This document shows, one piece after another, positions 1 through 6,626 of a stretch of DNA of 12,470 bases. The DNA is from a virus (Duplodnaviria; Heunggongvirae; Uroviricota; Caudoviricetes), in the IMG/VR virus record IMGVR_UViG_2671180556_000003, one strand, 5' to 3'. Position numbers and translations under genes: made by a program. Every line of letters begins with the position of its first letter. Within the stretch, counting starts at the first letter, position 1. Below the pieces are notes generated by a model, which made no database searches, had not been told where the DNA came from, and was given only the letters and a program-made list of their open reading frames with translations.

Positions 1-96
1 CAAAGCAGTGGGCCTGAGGTTTGCTTGTGAACCCAACGCATGAGCAGATGGCTGGTGGGTGCCCCTAACACCCACCAACCGCCCATTTACCACAAA

Positions 97-121
97 TAAA
101 AAAGCCTTCACTGCGGAAGGC
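97..121 (-). terminator. Rho-independent terminator downstream of the small wHTH gene
   Basis: Seen in sequence: hairpin GCCTTC(104-109)/GAAGGC(116-121) with a 6-nt loop, followed on the minus strand by a T-run (plus-strand A-run 97-103). The stop codon of the 108..305 gene lies inside the stem. Confidence 0.5.
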
Positions 122-305
122 GTCTGTAACAACCGAACTGATAGTCTGCCAGACCCGCCATAACCAGCTGGGTCAGTATTAACTGGCAGCGTTCGCGTGA
201 AAGGTAAGTATTCTGCGCAATCTCCCCGACTGTCGCCGGTTCGGTGACGCTCAATTCATTAAACACCACTCTGGCGGTTTCGGTCATATCTTGCTGTTTT
301 AGCAT
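108..305 (-). CDS. Small hypothetical protein, possible winged-helix DNA-binding fold
   Basis: ORF 108..329 in the supplied track. ATG at 305 is preceded by AAGGGA (about 7 nt spacing), whereas ATG at 329 has no SD, so 305 is the preferred start (65 aa). The segment TVGEIAQNTYLSRERCQLILTQLVMAGL looks HTH-like. Function not recognised. Confidence 0.5.
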   Translation of the reverse strand: MLKQQDMTETARVVFNELSVTEPATVGEIAQNTYLSRERCQLILTQLVMAGLADYQFGCYRRLPQ

Positions 306-425
306 GTCTTTTTCCCTTCTGGTTAACATGACATACCAATAACTCTTGTCTAAAAAGCCAGCAAGATAAAAAGTCAGTATTCACGACCACCAGCGTGTTT
401 ACTGTACTGCACCAAGTTTACAGGT

Positions 426-452
426 ACAAAAAACCCGCTCAGTGGCGGGTTT
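426..452 (-). terminator. Rho-independent terminator downstream of the AT-rich orphan gene
   Basis: Seen in sequence: stem AAAACCCGC(429-438)/GCGGGTTT(445-452) with loop TCAGTG; on the minus strand the hairpin is followed by TTTTTTGT (plus 426-433). Lies about 125 nt past the stop of the 582..1199 CDS. Confidence 0.6.
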
Positions 453-581
453 AAGTTGTGTGGCGAAGTAACCACTCTTAACACACTAATAGCATTTTTG
501 TTATAACACAAGTAGCTCATTCAGTATTTTTAGAATCTTGACTTTCTTAAGCACGGCGAACTCTGAATACCAAACATAAAA

Positions 582-1199
582 TCAATTATCTTCCAGGCCG
601 GATGCTATCAACGAAAGCCTCTCAAAAAACGCTGTAGCAGCCTTGTCCAAAGTTGAATAAGTACTGTATTCTCCGTGTTCGGGACCAACCACTACCCATG
701 GTCGTCTTTTTGGGATTCGGGACTTCTCAGAAATCACTGTTCCAGATATACCAATATCAATTGTTACACCTGTTATTATTTTCTCTTCATCTCTTTCCCT
801 GAACTCAATTGCCATAAATGCCGTTTTTTTTCGTTTCCCGTTTTTAAAAAAATCAAATAAAGCAAAGCGATGCTCATTAAAATCAACACCCCATCGTCCT
901 TCAGGATAAAGGGCATGAAAGTTGTCATTTACGCTCTGCATCGTCTCATAAGCTTTAACTTCTAAATCTCCATAGTGCATAGATACCGCGCAGGAGTCAC
1001 TGGGTAACTGTATTTTCCCAAGATTGAAAACCTTTACTGCTCCAGAACTATGGCATCTTGCCCGCAATTTATCCCCATTTATACTAATCGGAGAAATATT
1101 CCTTAATGTTCCGGGCTGGCTCCCTCCTAAGTAAACGACTGTTAAAGATTGCTTATTTTCAATTGCATCAACTAATACATGCTCTACATTTTTATCCAT
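582..1199 (-). CDS. Hypothetical protein, AT-rich orphan (moron-like) gene downstream of Q; function unknown
   Basis: ORF 582..1226 in the track. ATG at 1199 is preceded by GGAGGT at 5-6 nt, while ATG at 1226 has no SD, giving 205 aa (MDKNVEHVLVDAIENK...). The region is visibly AT-rich compared with the flanking Q and nin genes. No signal peptide or TM segment is obvious, and I recognise no family. Confidence 0.65.
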   Translation of the reverse strand: MDKNVEHVLVDAIENKQSLTVVYLGGSQPGTLRNISPISINGDKLRARCHSSGAVKVFNLGKIQLPSDSCAVSMHYGDLEVKAYETMQSVNDNFHALYPEGRWGVDFNEHRFALFDFFKNGKRKKTAFMAIEFRERDEEKIITGVTIDIGISGTVISEKSRIPKRRPWVVVGPEHGEYSTYSTLDKAATAFFERLSLIASGLEDN

Positions 1200-1200
1200 A

Positions 1201-1237
1201 ATAACCTCCCAATGAACAGGTATCATCAGGAGGTTAT
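1201..1237 (-). promoter_or_regulatory. Inverted repeat predicted to sequester the SD of the 582..1199 gene in an mRNA hairpin
   Basis: Seen in sequence: plus 1201-1209 ATAACCTCC and plus 1229-1237 GGAGGTTAT are perfect 9-bp reverse complements separated by 19 nt. On the mRNA (minus strand) the upstream arm AUAACCUCC pairs with the SD-containing arm GGAGGUUAU that sits immediately 5' of the AUG. Confidence 0.4.
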
Positions 1238-1274
1238 AATAAAATATGATTATTTACTTTGATTGAATTTATTA

Positions 1275-1646
1275 CTATATGTAACAATCAATTTCTAAAG
1301 ATACCCCCAACATTGCCAGACAACCGTCAATAAACCCTTCAGCTTTCTGCAGTCTGATAACAACCTGATTAAGTGATATCCCCAGTTTTACCCCCAACAC
1401 CCGTAATGTAACCCCATACACATAATACATTTCCAGTAATTCGTATTGATACGGTTCCTTTTTCTTAAGAACTGTCATCGCAGAGCTAATGATCAGGCCA
1501 TCGTCATCGCTACATTGCGGGCGGGATTTTACTTTCGAAGGAATTAATCCCTTAAAACCTGCAGCAACAGATGACCATTCCACATCCTCGTGATTATTTG
1601 CCACCCATGCCCCCCAACGTTCAAGAACCATTTGAATATCACGCAT
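1275..1646 (-). CDS. Q: Late-gene antitermination protein Q (QuuD/Q82-type family)
   Basis: ORF 1275..1661 in the track; position 1661 is a TTG codon. ATG at 1646 is preceded by GGAG at 7 nt. N-terminus MRDIQMVLERWGAWVANNHEDV... closely matches my recollection of E. coli DLP12 QuuD (MRDIQMVLERWGAW...). It sits at the 3' end of the nin region, as expected. Confidence 0.85.
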   Translation of the reverse strand: MRDIQMVLERWGAWVANNHEDVEWSSVAAGFKGLIPSKVKSRPQCSDDDGLIISSAMTVLKKKEPYQYELLEMYYVYGVTLRVLGVKLGISLNQVVIRLQKAEGFIDGCLAMLGVSLEIDCYI

Positions 1647-1663
1647 CAACTTTCTCCACAAAA

Positions 1664-2659
1664 TCAGGCCAGCACGCCTATTGCCAGCGCACGATCGATA
1701 AAACGAAATATCAGCTCCAGCTGGGAGCCATACTTCTCTTCAAATGCCACGGTATCCGCATGCAGCTCGTCGTGATGCTTTCTGCACAAAGGCAGCACGA
1801 AGAGGTCATGCGCTTTTGTACCCATTCCCCCCTGACCGTGGCCTATCAGGTGGTGGGGATCATCAGCAGGCTTTCCACAACATGCACACGGCTGCGTCTT
1901 AACCCAGCGCGTGTACTTTTCGTTAACCCAGCGGCGACGTTTTGGGCGTAACATAAAAGACTCCGGCGACTCCGGATCCACTTTCAGCGCCAGCACCTTT
2001 TTCGCTTTATTCTGGATGATGCTGGTGGCCGGAACCGAAGGCACAAGGTCACTCTCCCGGGTGACAGACGGCACAACAGGCTTCGGTAATCTCAGTGCCT
2101 TACGGGCTGCACTTTCCGGTAAGGCATCCGCCAGATCATTACGAACCAGCCACCAGCACAGTTCCGGCATTGTCACAACGTGACTGTCATCAAAACCGAG
2201 ATCCCGACGCACAACAGACAACACCCAGCGGGCACAGTTATCCGTTGCCATTGATTCCAGCCGTTCCGTGAACTGATCGCGCAGCTGGTTATCGCAGTGC
2301 CAGCACAGACGGATTGCGCCCGGCGCGTGTCGCATTGTGGTCATGTTCTCGCTGTGCCAGTCGGAATGAGGCCACTGGCAACCTTTTTCACGAAGTAACC
2401 AGCTTTCAAGACATTCCACGCCACCAGCACGACGGATCACTGCCTCATTGCGGAACACGACCCGAACGGCAGGATCATCCGCCAGCGGTTGTGATGCTGC
2501 CGGAACGGCACCACTGGCAAAAGATGAATAACGTTCCGGCTCAGGCTCCAGCAGGACACGCCCCTGCATAAACAGGGGCATCAGCTCTGAACCGGGTCTG
2601 AACAATACGATCCCCATACGCGGGGCAATTTCAGGGGTCAGTAGTGCTCTCACGGTCAC
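1664..2659 (-). CDS. NinG/DUF968-like protein (YdfU-like) with a Cys/His HNH-type zinc motif; putative recombination nuclease
   Basis: 331-aa ORF. GTG start at 2659 lies 1 nt after the upstream stop. C-terminal PCACCG...HHLIGHGQGG...LPLCRKHHDELH resembles the lambda NinG pattern (PCISCG...HKQCVVCNQHK). Position immediately upstream of Q matches ydfU-quuQ style gene order. The family call is from memory and not verified. Confidence 0.65.
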   Translation of the reverse strand: MTVRALLTPEIAPRMGIVLFRPGSELMPLFMQGRVLLEPEPERYSSFASGAVPAASQPLADDPAVRVVFRNEAVIRRAGGVECLESWLLREKGCQWPHSDWHSENMTTMRHAPGAIRLCWHCDNQLRDQFTERLESMATDNCARWVLSVVRRDLGFDDSHVVTMPELCWWLVRNDLADALPESAARKALRLPKPVVPSVTRESDLVPSVPATSIIQNKAKKVLALKVDPESPESFMLRPKRRRWVNEKYTRWVKTQPCACCGKPADDPHHLIGHGQGGMGTKAHDLFVLPLCRKHHDELHADTVAFEEKYGSQLELIFRFIDRALAIGVLA

Positions 2660-2660
2660 C

Positions 2661-3476
2661 TCAATGAACGGTATCGAGCAGCTTTAACAGCTCAGGGAAT
2701 CGGGATTCGAAGAAATGCGGCTGCGTCTCGCGCGGATTTGCGGGACTGGTGATGTTCTTGCCGAACATGCAACCTTTCGCTGTCAGCGACCAGAATTTTT
2801 TGATGTTGTTAATCGCGGTACGGCTGTATCGTTCGCGTTGTTCAACGATCCCCAGCTTCGCCATCTGGTGATATGCCTGATTAGCCGTCAGGCGGATACC
2901 ATACTGCTTCAGCAGTGCACTCAGCGACAGCGTAGGGCGGCTTGAACCATCTGGCGCATCAGCAGGTGCATCAATGGCATAGATCGGCATAAGTTCAGGA
3001 AGACCAGCTACCTTTGATAATTTCTGGTATGCACCAAGTTTCGAGGAGTTTGACAGATTTAGAGTCTTTGCTGCTGATTCAAGCAGAATGACCCCGGATT
3101 TAATTTTGTCGGATGTGGTTTCTTCTGGTGATGAATTATGAAGCGCATCAAAAGTACGTATCACTTTTAAGCTGAATGCCGGGCTGATCCACATTGCATA
3201 TGCATAGACCAGCTCTTTACAGACATACGTCCCACCATTGCGCCCCTGAATGGTGATGACAGGAATACTACGGGAATCTCCCGTAGTTTCTTCTTCCAAT
3301 AATTCCACAAGAGCCTTCGTTTCAGGACGACGCATAAACTCGTGAACTTCCAGCGAACGGGAGGAGCGATTCTCACCAGCGGCAAGAAGAGCAGCTTTCT
3401 GAAGGTCGTTAAGACAGTAGTTAGATTCGAAGTACTGGCGCACAGAAACGCCATCAATTACAAGCAACTGATTCAT
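2661..3476 (-). CDS. KilA-N domain protein with antirepressor-type C-terminal domain (Bro/Ant-like)
   Basis: ORF 2661..3488 in the track; 3488 is GTG. ATG at 3476 is preceded by GGAG at 6 nt. The motif GRNGGTYVCKELVYAYAMWISPAFSLKVIRTFDAL is a typical KilA-N core. The C-terminal region (LSALLKQYGIRLTANQAYHQMAKLGIVE...) resembles phage antirepressor C-terminal domains. Confidence 0.8.
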   Translation of the reverse strand: MNQLLVIDGVSVRQYFESNYCLNDLQKAALLAAGENRSSRSLEVHEFMRRPETKALVELLEEETTGDSRSIPVITIQGRNGGTYVCKELVYAYAMWISPAFSLKVIRTFDALHNSSPEETTSDKIKSGVILLESAAKTLNLSNSSKLGAYQKLSKVAGLPELMPIYAIDAPADAPDGSSRPTLSLSALLKQYGIRLTANQAYHQMAKLGIVEQRERYSRTAINNIKKFWSLTAKGCMFGKNITSPANPRETQPHFFESRFPELLKLLDTVH

Positions 3477-3573
3477 TGGTTTCTCCACAAATTTTTATCC
3501 ACGAGCGGGACTGCACTCCCTTTTCGTTGATGCAGGATGAACTTACTGCGATTTTTAATAGTTATCAAGGATA

Positions 3574-3593
3574 CACTGTTCATAAATACAGTA
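3574..3593. promoter_or_regulatory. LexA (SOS) box upstream of the KilA-N antirepressor-like gene
   Basis: Seen in sequence: cACTGTTCATAAATACAGTa, i.e. CTGT-N8-ACAG with an AT-rich centre, matching the consensus TACTGT(AT)4ACAGTA. It lies about 100 bp upstream of the 3476 start. A candidate promoter on the minus strand, TTGATA-N17-TAAGTT, sits just downstream of it. Confidence 0.6.
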
Positions 3594-3638
3594 TCTTTAA
3601 CGAGGTAATACCCAAATTTAGGGTGTTGCTCAATTCCG

Positions 3639-4034
3639 TTACCGAGTTGCTAATTTGCAACTCGCTTTTTCGTACTTACTGATAGTGATCTCGACCTTCC
3701 CCTCCGGGATAACCGGTCCCCACTCCACCAGCATTCTTTTCACCTGTCTGTCGTCTTCCCACACACCCGCGTGGGTCAGGGCGTCAAACAGCGCCTTGTT
3801 ATAGTTGTCCAGATCGCGGATCCGGTTATCCGGAGGAAACAACACGATCTCCACTGAAGCAGGTGCCGACGTTGGTTTCGGCAGACGACGTAACTGCTCA
3901 ACTATTGCTGCACACGCCGCGCTCTGGAATTTTCGCCCCGCCGCGCTTATCAGGCTCTTACCAGCAAACGCCCCTTTGTTGGGGTGTCGCCAGTACGTGT
4001 TCACGCTGGGCGGAAAAGGCAGTATTAGCTTCAT
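3639..4034 (-). CDS. rusA: Holliday junction resolvase RusA
   Basis: 131 aa. ILPFPPSVNTYWRH and IRDLDNYNKALFDALTHAGVWEDDRQV match the RusA family (E. coli RusA: LPWPPSNNRYYRH...RRDLDNLQKAAFDALTKAG). ATG at 4034 overlaps the upstream stop (ATGA). Confidence 0.85.
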   Translation of the reverse strand: MKLILPFPPSVNTYWRHPNKGAFAGKSLISAAGRKFQSAACAAIVEQLRRLPKPTSAPASVEIVLFPPDNRIRDLDNYNKALFDALTHAGVWEDDRQVKRMLVEWGPVIPEGKVEITISKYEKASCKLATR

Positions 4035-4357
4035 ACTTTCAGGCCCCTCTCATGTAACCAGTGGGCTGCACGCAGCCTGGCGTTTGCCTCACCGGCAAGC
4101 AGGGCGCGGATAATCCCGACCGCCTCGCTGTCGTCGTCCTTCACCGCGGTATGAAGAGTGATACCCCGGGCCACGCCACGCTTTATCGTGATGACACCTT
4201 TTTTCTCCAGTGCGCGAAGATGCTCCACCGCTGCATTCACCGAACGGTATCCCAGCATGGTTGCCACCTCCTGATTGGTTGGCGGGAAGCCACGTTCTTT
4301 CTGATAAGAAATCAGCATATCCAGCACCTGCTGCTGGCATTGAGTTAATGTCGTCAT
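4031..4357 (-). CDS. LexA N-terminal DNA-binding-domain homolog lacking the S24 peptidase domain
   Basis: 108 aa. MTTLTQCQQQVLDMLISYQKERGFPPTNQEVATMLGYRSVNAAVEHLRALEKKGVITIKRGVARGITL aligns residue-for-residue with E. coli LexA 1-70 ([68 protein letters not shown]). The protein ends about 40 aa later with no Ser/Lys peptidase domain. GGAG SD at 8 nt; ATGA overlap with the Dam stop. Confidence 0.8.
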   Translation of the reverse strand: MTTLTQCQQQVLDMLISYQKERGFPPTNQEVATMLGYRSVNAAVEHLRALEKKGVITIKRGVARGITLHTAVKDDDSEAVGIIRALLAGEANARLRAAHWLHERGLKV

Positions 4358-5007
4358 GCCGCCATCTCCCTGACCAGTTTTTCCGCCTGCTGGCGAACCT
4401 GCGCCAGAAACGCCTCACCACATGCCTCAAGTTCATCGCGCCCGATGTAGCTGATTGCCGCTCCCTTCCAGGTCTTGTCGAAAACAGCAATAGCACCAGC
4501 GAAGAAAGCACCTGTTGGCACCTGCTTTTCGTCTTTCGGGATAAACCAGGCTGGCAGTTCAAAACCAATACGCCCGCGAATAAAAGCAATATGATCTGCA
4601 TCTTCCGGCCACCACACTTCGCTGGTGGCCGCTTTGATCAGGAAAACATAGCGCCCGCCCTTATCACGCATGGCACTGGCATGTTTCATGATGTAACGCA
4701 TGCCGGTGATGTATTGCCCCTCATGCTGACTGGCGCGGCTGTATGGGGGATTACCAAAGGCAGCACCTTTAAGCTCCGCAAGACGTTCTGACCAGTCATG
4801 CGCCAGCGCGTTGTCTTCCGCCGTGTAATACGCGGCACATTTGGCGTTATCACCGTCAGTGAACAGATCCAGAACAAACGGACCAAACAAGGTGTTAATT
4901 CCCCAGAAAATGTTGTCCGGCGTGCGCCACTGATCGCCCACTTCCTTCAGTTCATGGGCTGGTTTGTTCCGCAGTTCTACCAGCGCCTGGCAATATTTAT
5001 TACTCAT
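4354..5007 (-). CDS. Phage-type DNA N6-adenine methyltransferase (orphan, Dam family)
   Basis: ORF 4354..5052 in the track; 5052 is GTG with no SD. ATG at 5007 follows a GGGGG stretch. Motifs WRTPDNIF, DLFTDGDNAKCAAYYT and NPPYS (the N6-adenine MTase catalytic motif IV) are present. No restriction endonuclease partner is visible in the window. Confidence 0.8.
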   Translation of the reverse strand: MSNKYCQALVELRNKPAHELKEVGDQWRTPDNIFWGINTLFGPFVLDLFTDGDNAKCAAYYTAEDNALAHDWSERLAELKGAAFGNPPYSRASQHEGQYITGMRYIMKHASAMRDKGGRYVFLIKAATSEVWWPEDADHIAFIRGRIGFELPAWFIPKDEKQVPTGAFFAGAIAVFDKTWKGAAISYIGRDELEACGEAFLAQVRQQAEKLVREMAA

Positions 5008-5101
5008 TAAGCCCCCACGTAAAAAGCATCCGCAATGTCTCCGGAAGTACACCCCGGATGGGCTTCAATGAATTTCTGAACTTCATTCAAAAGACTCATG
5101 A

Positions 5102-6109
5102 TCACCCCCTGAATCCTTCCGGGATCTGGCTGTAGTCCACGTTGTCGTAACTGGCTTTGAAGTACGGGTCCTCGCGTCTGGCTGCAGATACCGCAGGAAC
5201 TTCCCAGGATTCTTCGAAATGACGATCCGGACCAAAGAACGTCGACGCCTGCTTCACGAACTGGGTACCGGTATTTCCAGAGACACGCACCCAGGCGGCA
5301 TAGCGTTTCACACCGTCGAGCATGGTTTCGGGTGTCACACCTTCCCTGATTCGGGCTTTCCAGGCTTTAAAAGCGGCGGATTTTGAATTACCACCAGCAC
5401 GTTTGGGATATTCCTGCCAGGCCTGTTCAAATTCCGGTGAATATTCCTGTCTGGCAGAACGCGCTGGTGCAGACGCGTCAGCGGATGCGCCAATAGTGTT
5501 TTTAGTCTCCGTTGTAATCTCTGTAGTAATCTCTGTAGTAATCTCTGTAGTAATCTCTGTATTTGTATCAACATTCGGCGTATCCCCTGTTCCGTTATGA
5601 CGTCGGGGGGTGTTCCGTTTTAACGTAATAGCTGTATCGCTGATTGCATTATTGCTGTTACTTTCTGGCGAAACAGAAGAAGGTGTGGTGATGGCCGCAA
5701 TTGCCTGTGGGTTGATCCCGACAAACAAAATATTGCTGCATTTCACCCCATCGAGCATTTCCACCGTGCGTAAATCCAGAGTAATAAACCCTGCATCGCG
5801 CAGACGCTTCAGCGCATCTGCGGTTTCCCTTTTCCCGAAACCAAACTGCTCAGCAAACGCCTGGTAGCTTCTTTGCAGTTTGTCGCCCTGAAAACGCTTG
5901 CGATATCCCAGCAACGCTCCGGTGTGCTCATCCCTGACCTCTGTCGGGCGGTACCAGTAAACGATCTCTGAAAGCAGAGCGATAGCCGTCGCATCCGGAC
6001 GCCCACTGGGTAGTCGAATATATTTCCACCAGGTCGCAGGTGTAACATTGCCGGAAATATTAATTTGACCAATAGCCATAACTTCCGGTGTGGGGGCGTA
6101 ACGGCTCAT
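5102..6109 (-). CDS. Replication initiation protein (O-like replisome organiser) with internal tandem repeats
   Basis: 335 aa. ATG at 6109 with GGAGG at 4 nt. It has a two-domain layout: an N-terminal winged-helix-like domain and a C-terminal domain containing EFEQAWQEYPKRAGGNSKSAAFKAWKARI, which I recall as typical of phage replication initiators. The two are joined by a low-complexity linker encoding (TEIT)x4. Position after the cro/cII-like/Rha genes fits an O-type gene. Confidence 0.65.
   Translation of the reverse strand: MSRYAPTPEVMAIGQINISGNVTPATWWKYIRLPSGRPDATAIALLSEIVYWYRPTEVRDEHTGALLGYRKRFQGDKLQRSYQAFAEQFGFGKRETADALKRLRDAGFITLDLRTVEMLDGVKCSNILFVGINPQAIAAITTPSSVSPESNSNNAISDTAITLKRNTPRRHNGTGDTPNVDTNTEITTEITTEITTEITTETKNTIGASADASAPARSARQEYSPEFEQAWQEYPKRAGGNSKSAAFKAWKARIREGVTPETMLDGVKRYAAWVRVSGNTGTQFVKQASTFFGPDRHFEESWEVPAVSAARREDPYFKASYDNVDYSQIPEGFRG
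5515..5562. repeat. Four perfect tandem copies of a 12-bp unit (GTAATCTCTGTA) inside the replication gene; iteron-like
   Basis: Seen in sequence: units at 5515-5526, 5527-5538, 5539-5550 and 5551-5562 are identical, with degenerate partial copies on both flanks. On the minus strand they encode TEITTEITTEITTEIT in the linker of the 5102..6109 protein. Confidence 0.9.
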
Positions 6110-6405
6110 ACAACCTCCTTCCGCAGCATGAGAATTGTGTAGCCACGCGCAGGTTGTAGTCTGGCTTTTGCATCAATAGTAAGCGTTGCAATTTTTCGGA
6201 TATGAAGATAACCAGCTCTTTCCAGTGCCAGGGTTTCCCTGAATATCGCTTGCTTAGAACAACAGCAGAAATCAGCAAGCACCTGATGATCAATAACTCT
6301 CTCGCCTTCACCGTCTGAAGAACCCGACATCAAAACACGCAACATAATTAGGCGCTGAATCGGGTTATCGAAAGCACATCCGCACACAAACTGAAAACAG
6401 TTCAC
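6106..6405 (-). CDS. Hypothetical small protein, possible wHTH DNA-binding fold
   Basis: 99 aa. GTG start at 6405 preceded by GGGAGG at 6 nt and overlapping the upstream stop (GTGA). Its 3' end overlaps the replication gene start. The segment VIDHQVLADFCCCSKQAIFRETLALERAGYLHIRKI looks HTH-like. Confidence 0.6.
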   Translation of the reverse strand: MNCFQFVCGCAFDNPIQRLIMLRVLMSGSSDGEGERVIDHQVLADFCCCSKQAIFRETLALERAGYLHIRKIATLTIDAKARLQPARGYTILMLRKEVV

Positions 6406-6626
6406 GCCACACCTCCCAGACGCTTAAACATTTTTCCGGAGCAAAAGGCTATAAGCGGCATACTGACGCGGTAATTACGGCCCAGCGGTTCACAAACCAC
6501 CTTCTGACATTCACGGTCAACCAGGCTAACACGTAGAACATGCCCAGCAGGCGTGGTGTACCACTGACCCGGACGAGGACAACGGAAAGTATGATTGGTA
6601 AACCGTTTGAAAATATTCCGGATCAT
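6402..6626 (-). CDS. Hypothetical small protein
   Basis: 74 aa. ATG at 6626 overlaps the Rha ORF stop (ATGA). AAGGGGG SD at about 5 nt. Contains paired Cys residues (RCPRPG...RECQKVVCEP), a possible zinc ribbon. Function unknown. Confidence 0.55.
   Translation of the reverse strand: MIRNIFKRFTNHTFRCPRPGQWYTTPAGHVLRVSLVDRECQKVVCEPLGRNYRVSMPLIAFCSGKMFKRLGGVA

Noticed and set aside
1-86. Possible minus-strand ORF starting at ATG 86..84 and running off the left edge (MGGWWVLGAPTSHLLMRWVHKQ...)
   Set aside because: No convincing SD, only about 28 codons visible, and no recognisable family. Too little sequence to call a gene.
402-424. CTGT ... ACAG pair resembling a LexA box
   Set aside because: The spacing is about 15 nt rather than the 8 nt of the SOS consensus, and it lies beside the terminator hairpin. 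Not a credible LexA site.
1200-1290. Attempt to place the Q-dependent late promoter directly downstream of Q
   Set aside because: No -35/-10 pair with acceptable spacing could be found by eye in the 75-bp gap. TATTAT at 1241..1236 has no suitable -35. Left unassigned rather than reported as a feature.
1571-1951. Plus-strand ORFs of 126 and 61 aa overlapping the Q and NinG/DUF968-like genes
   Set aside because: They are antisense to two well-supported minus-strand genes, have no SD, and give low-complexity translations. Judged to be shadow ORFs.
4089-4791. 170-aa minus-strand and 193-aa plus-strand ORFs overlapping the LexA-DBD and Dam genes
   Set aside because: They are alternative-frame or antisense overlaps of genes with clear family motifs. 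The translations are Arg/Gly/Pro-rich and typical of out-of-frame reading of GC-rich coding sequence.
5515-5562. Possible CRISPR array
   Set aside because: The repeats are contiguous 12-bp units with no spacers, sit inside a coding sequence, and no cas genes are nearby.
5322-5600. Plus-strand 92-aa ORF and minus-strand 79-aa ORF spanning the tandem repeats (translations such as VISVVISVVIS and LLQRLLQRLLQ)
   Set aside because: These are alternative-frame readings of the 12-bp repeat inside the replication gene. The in-frame TEIT reading belongs to a coherent 335-aa protein.
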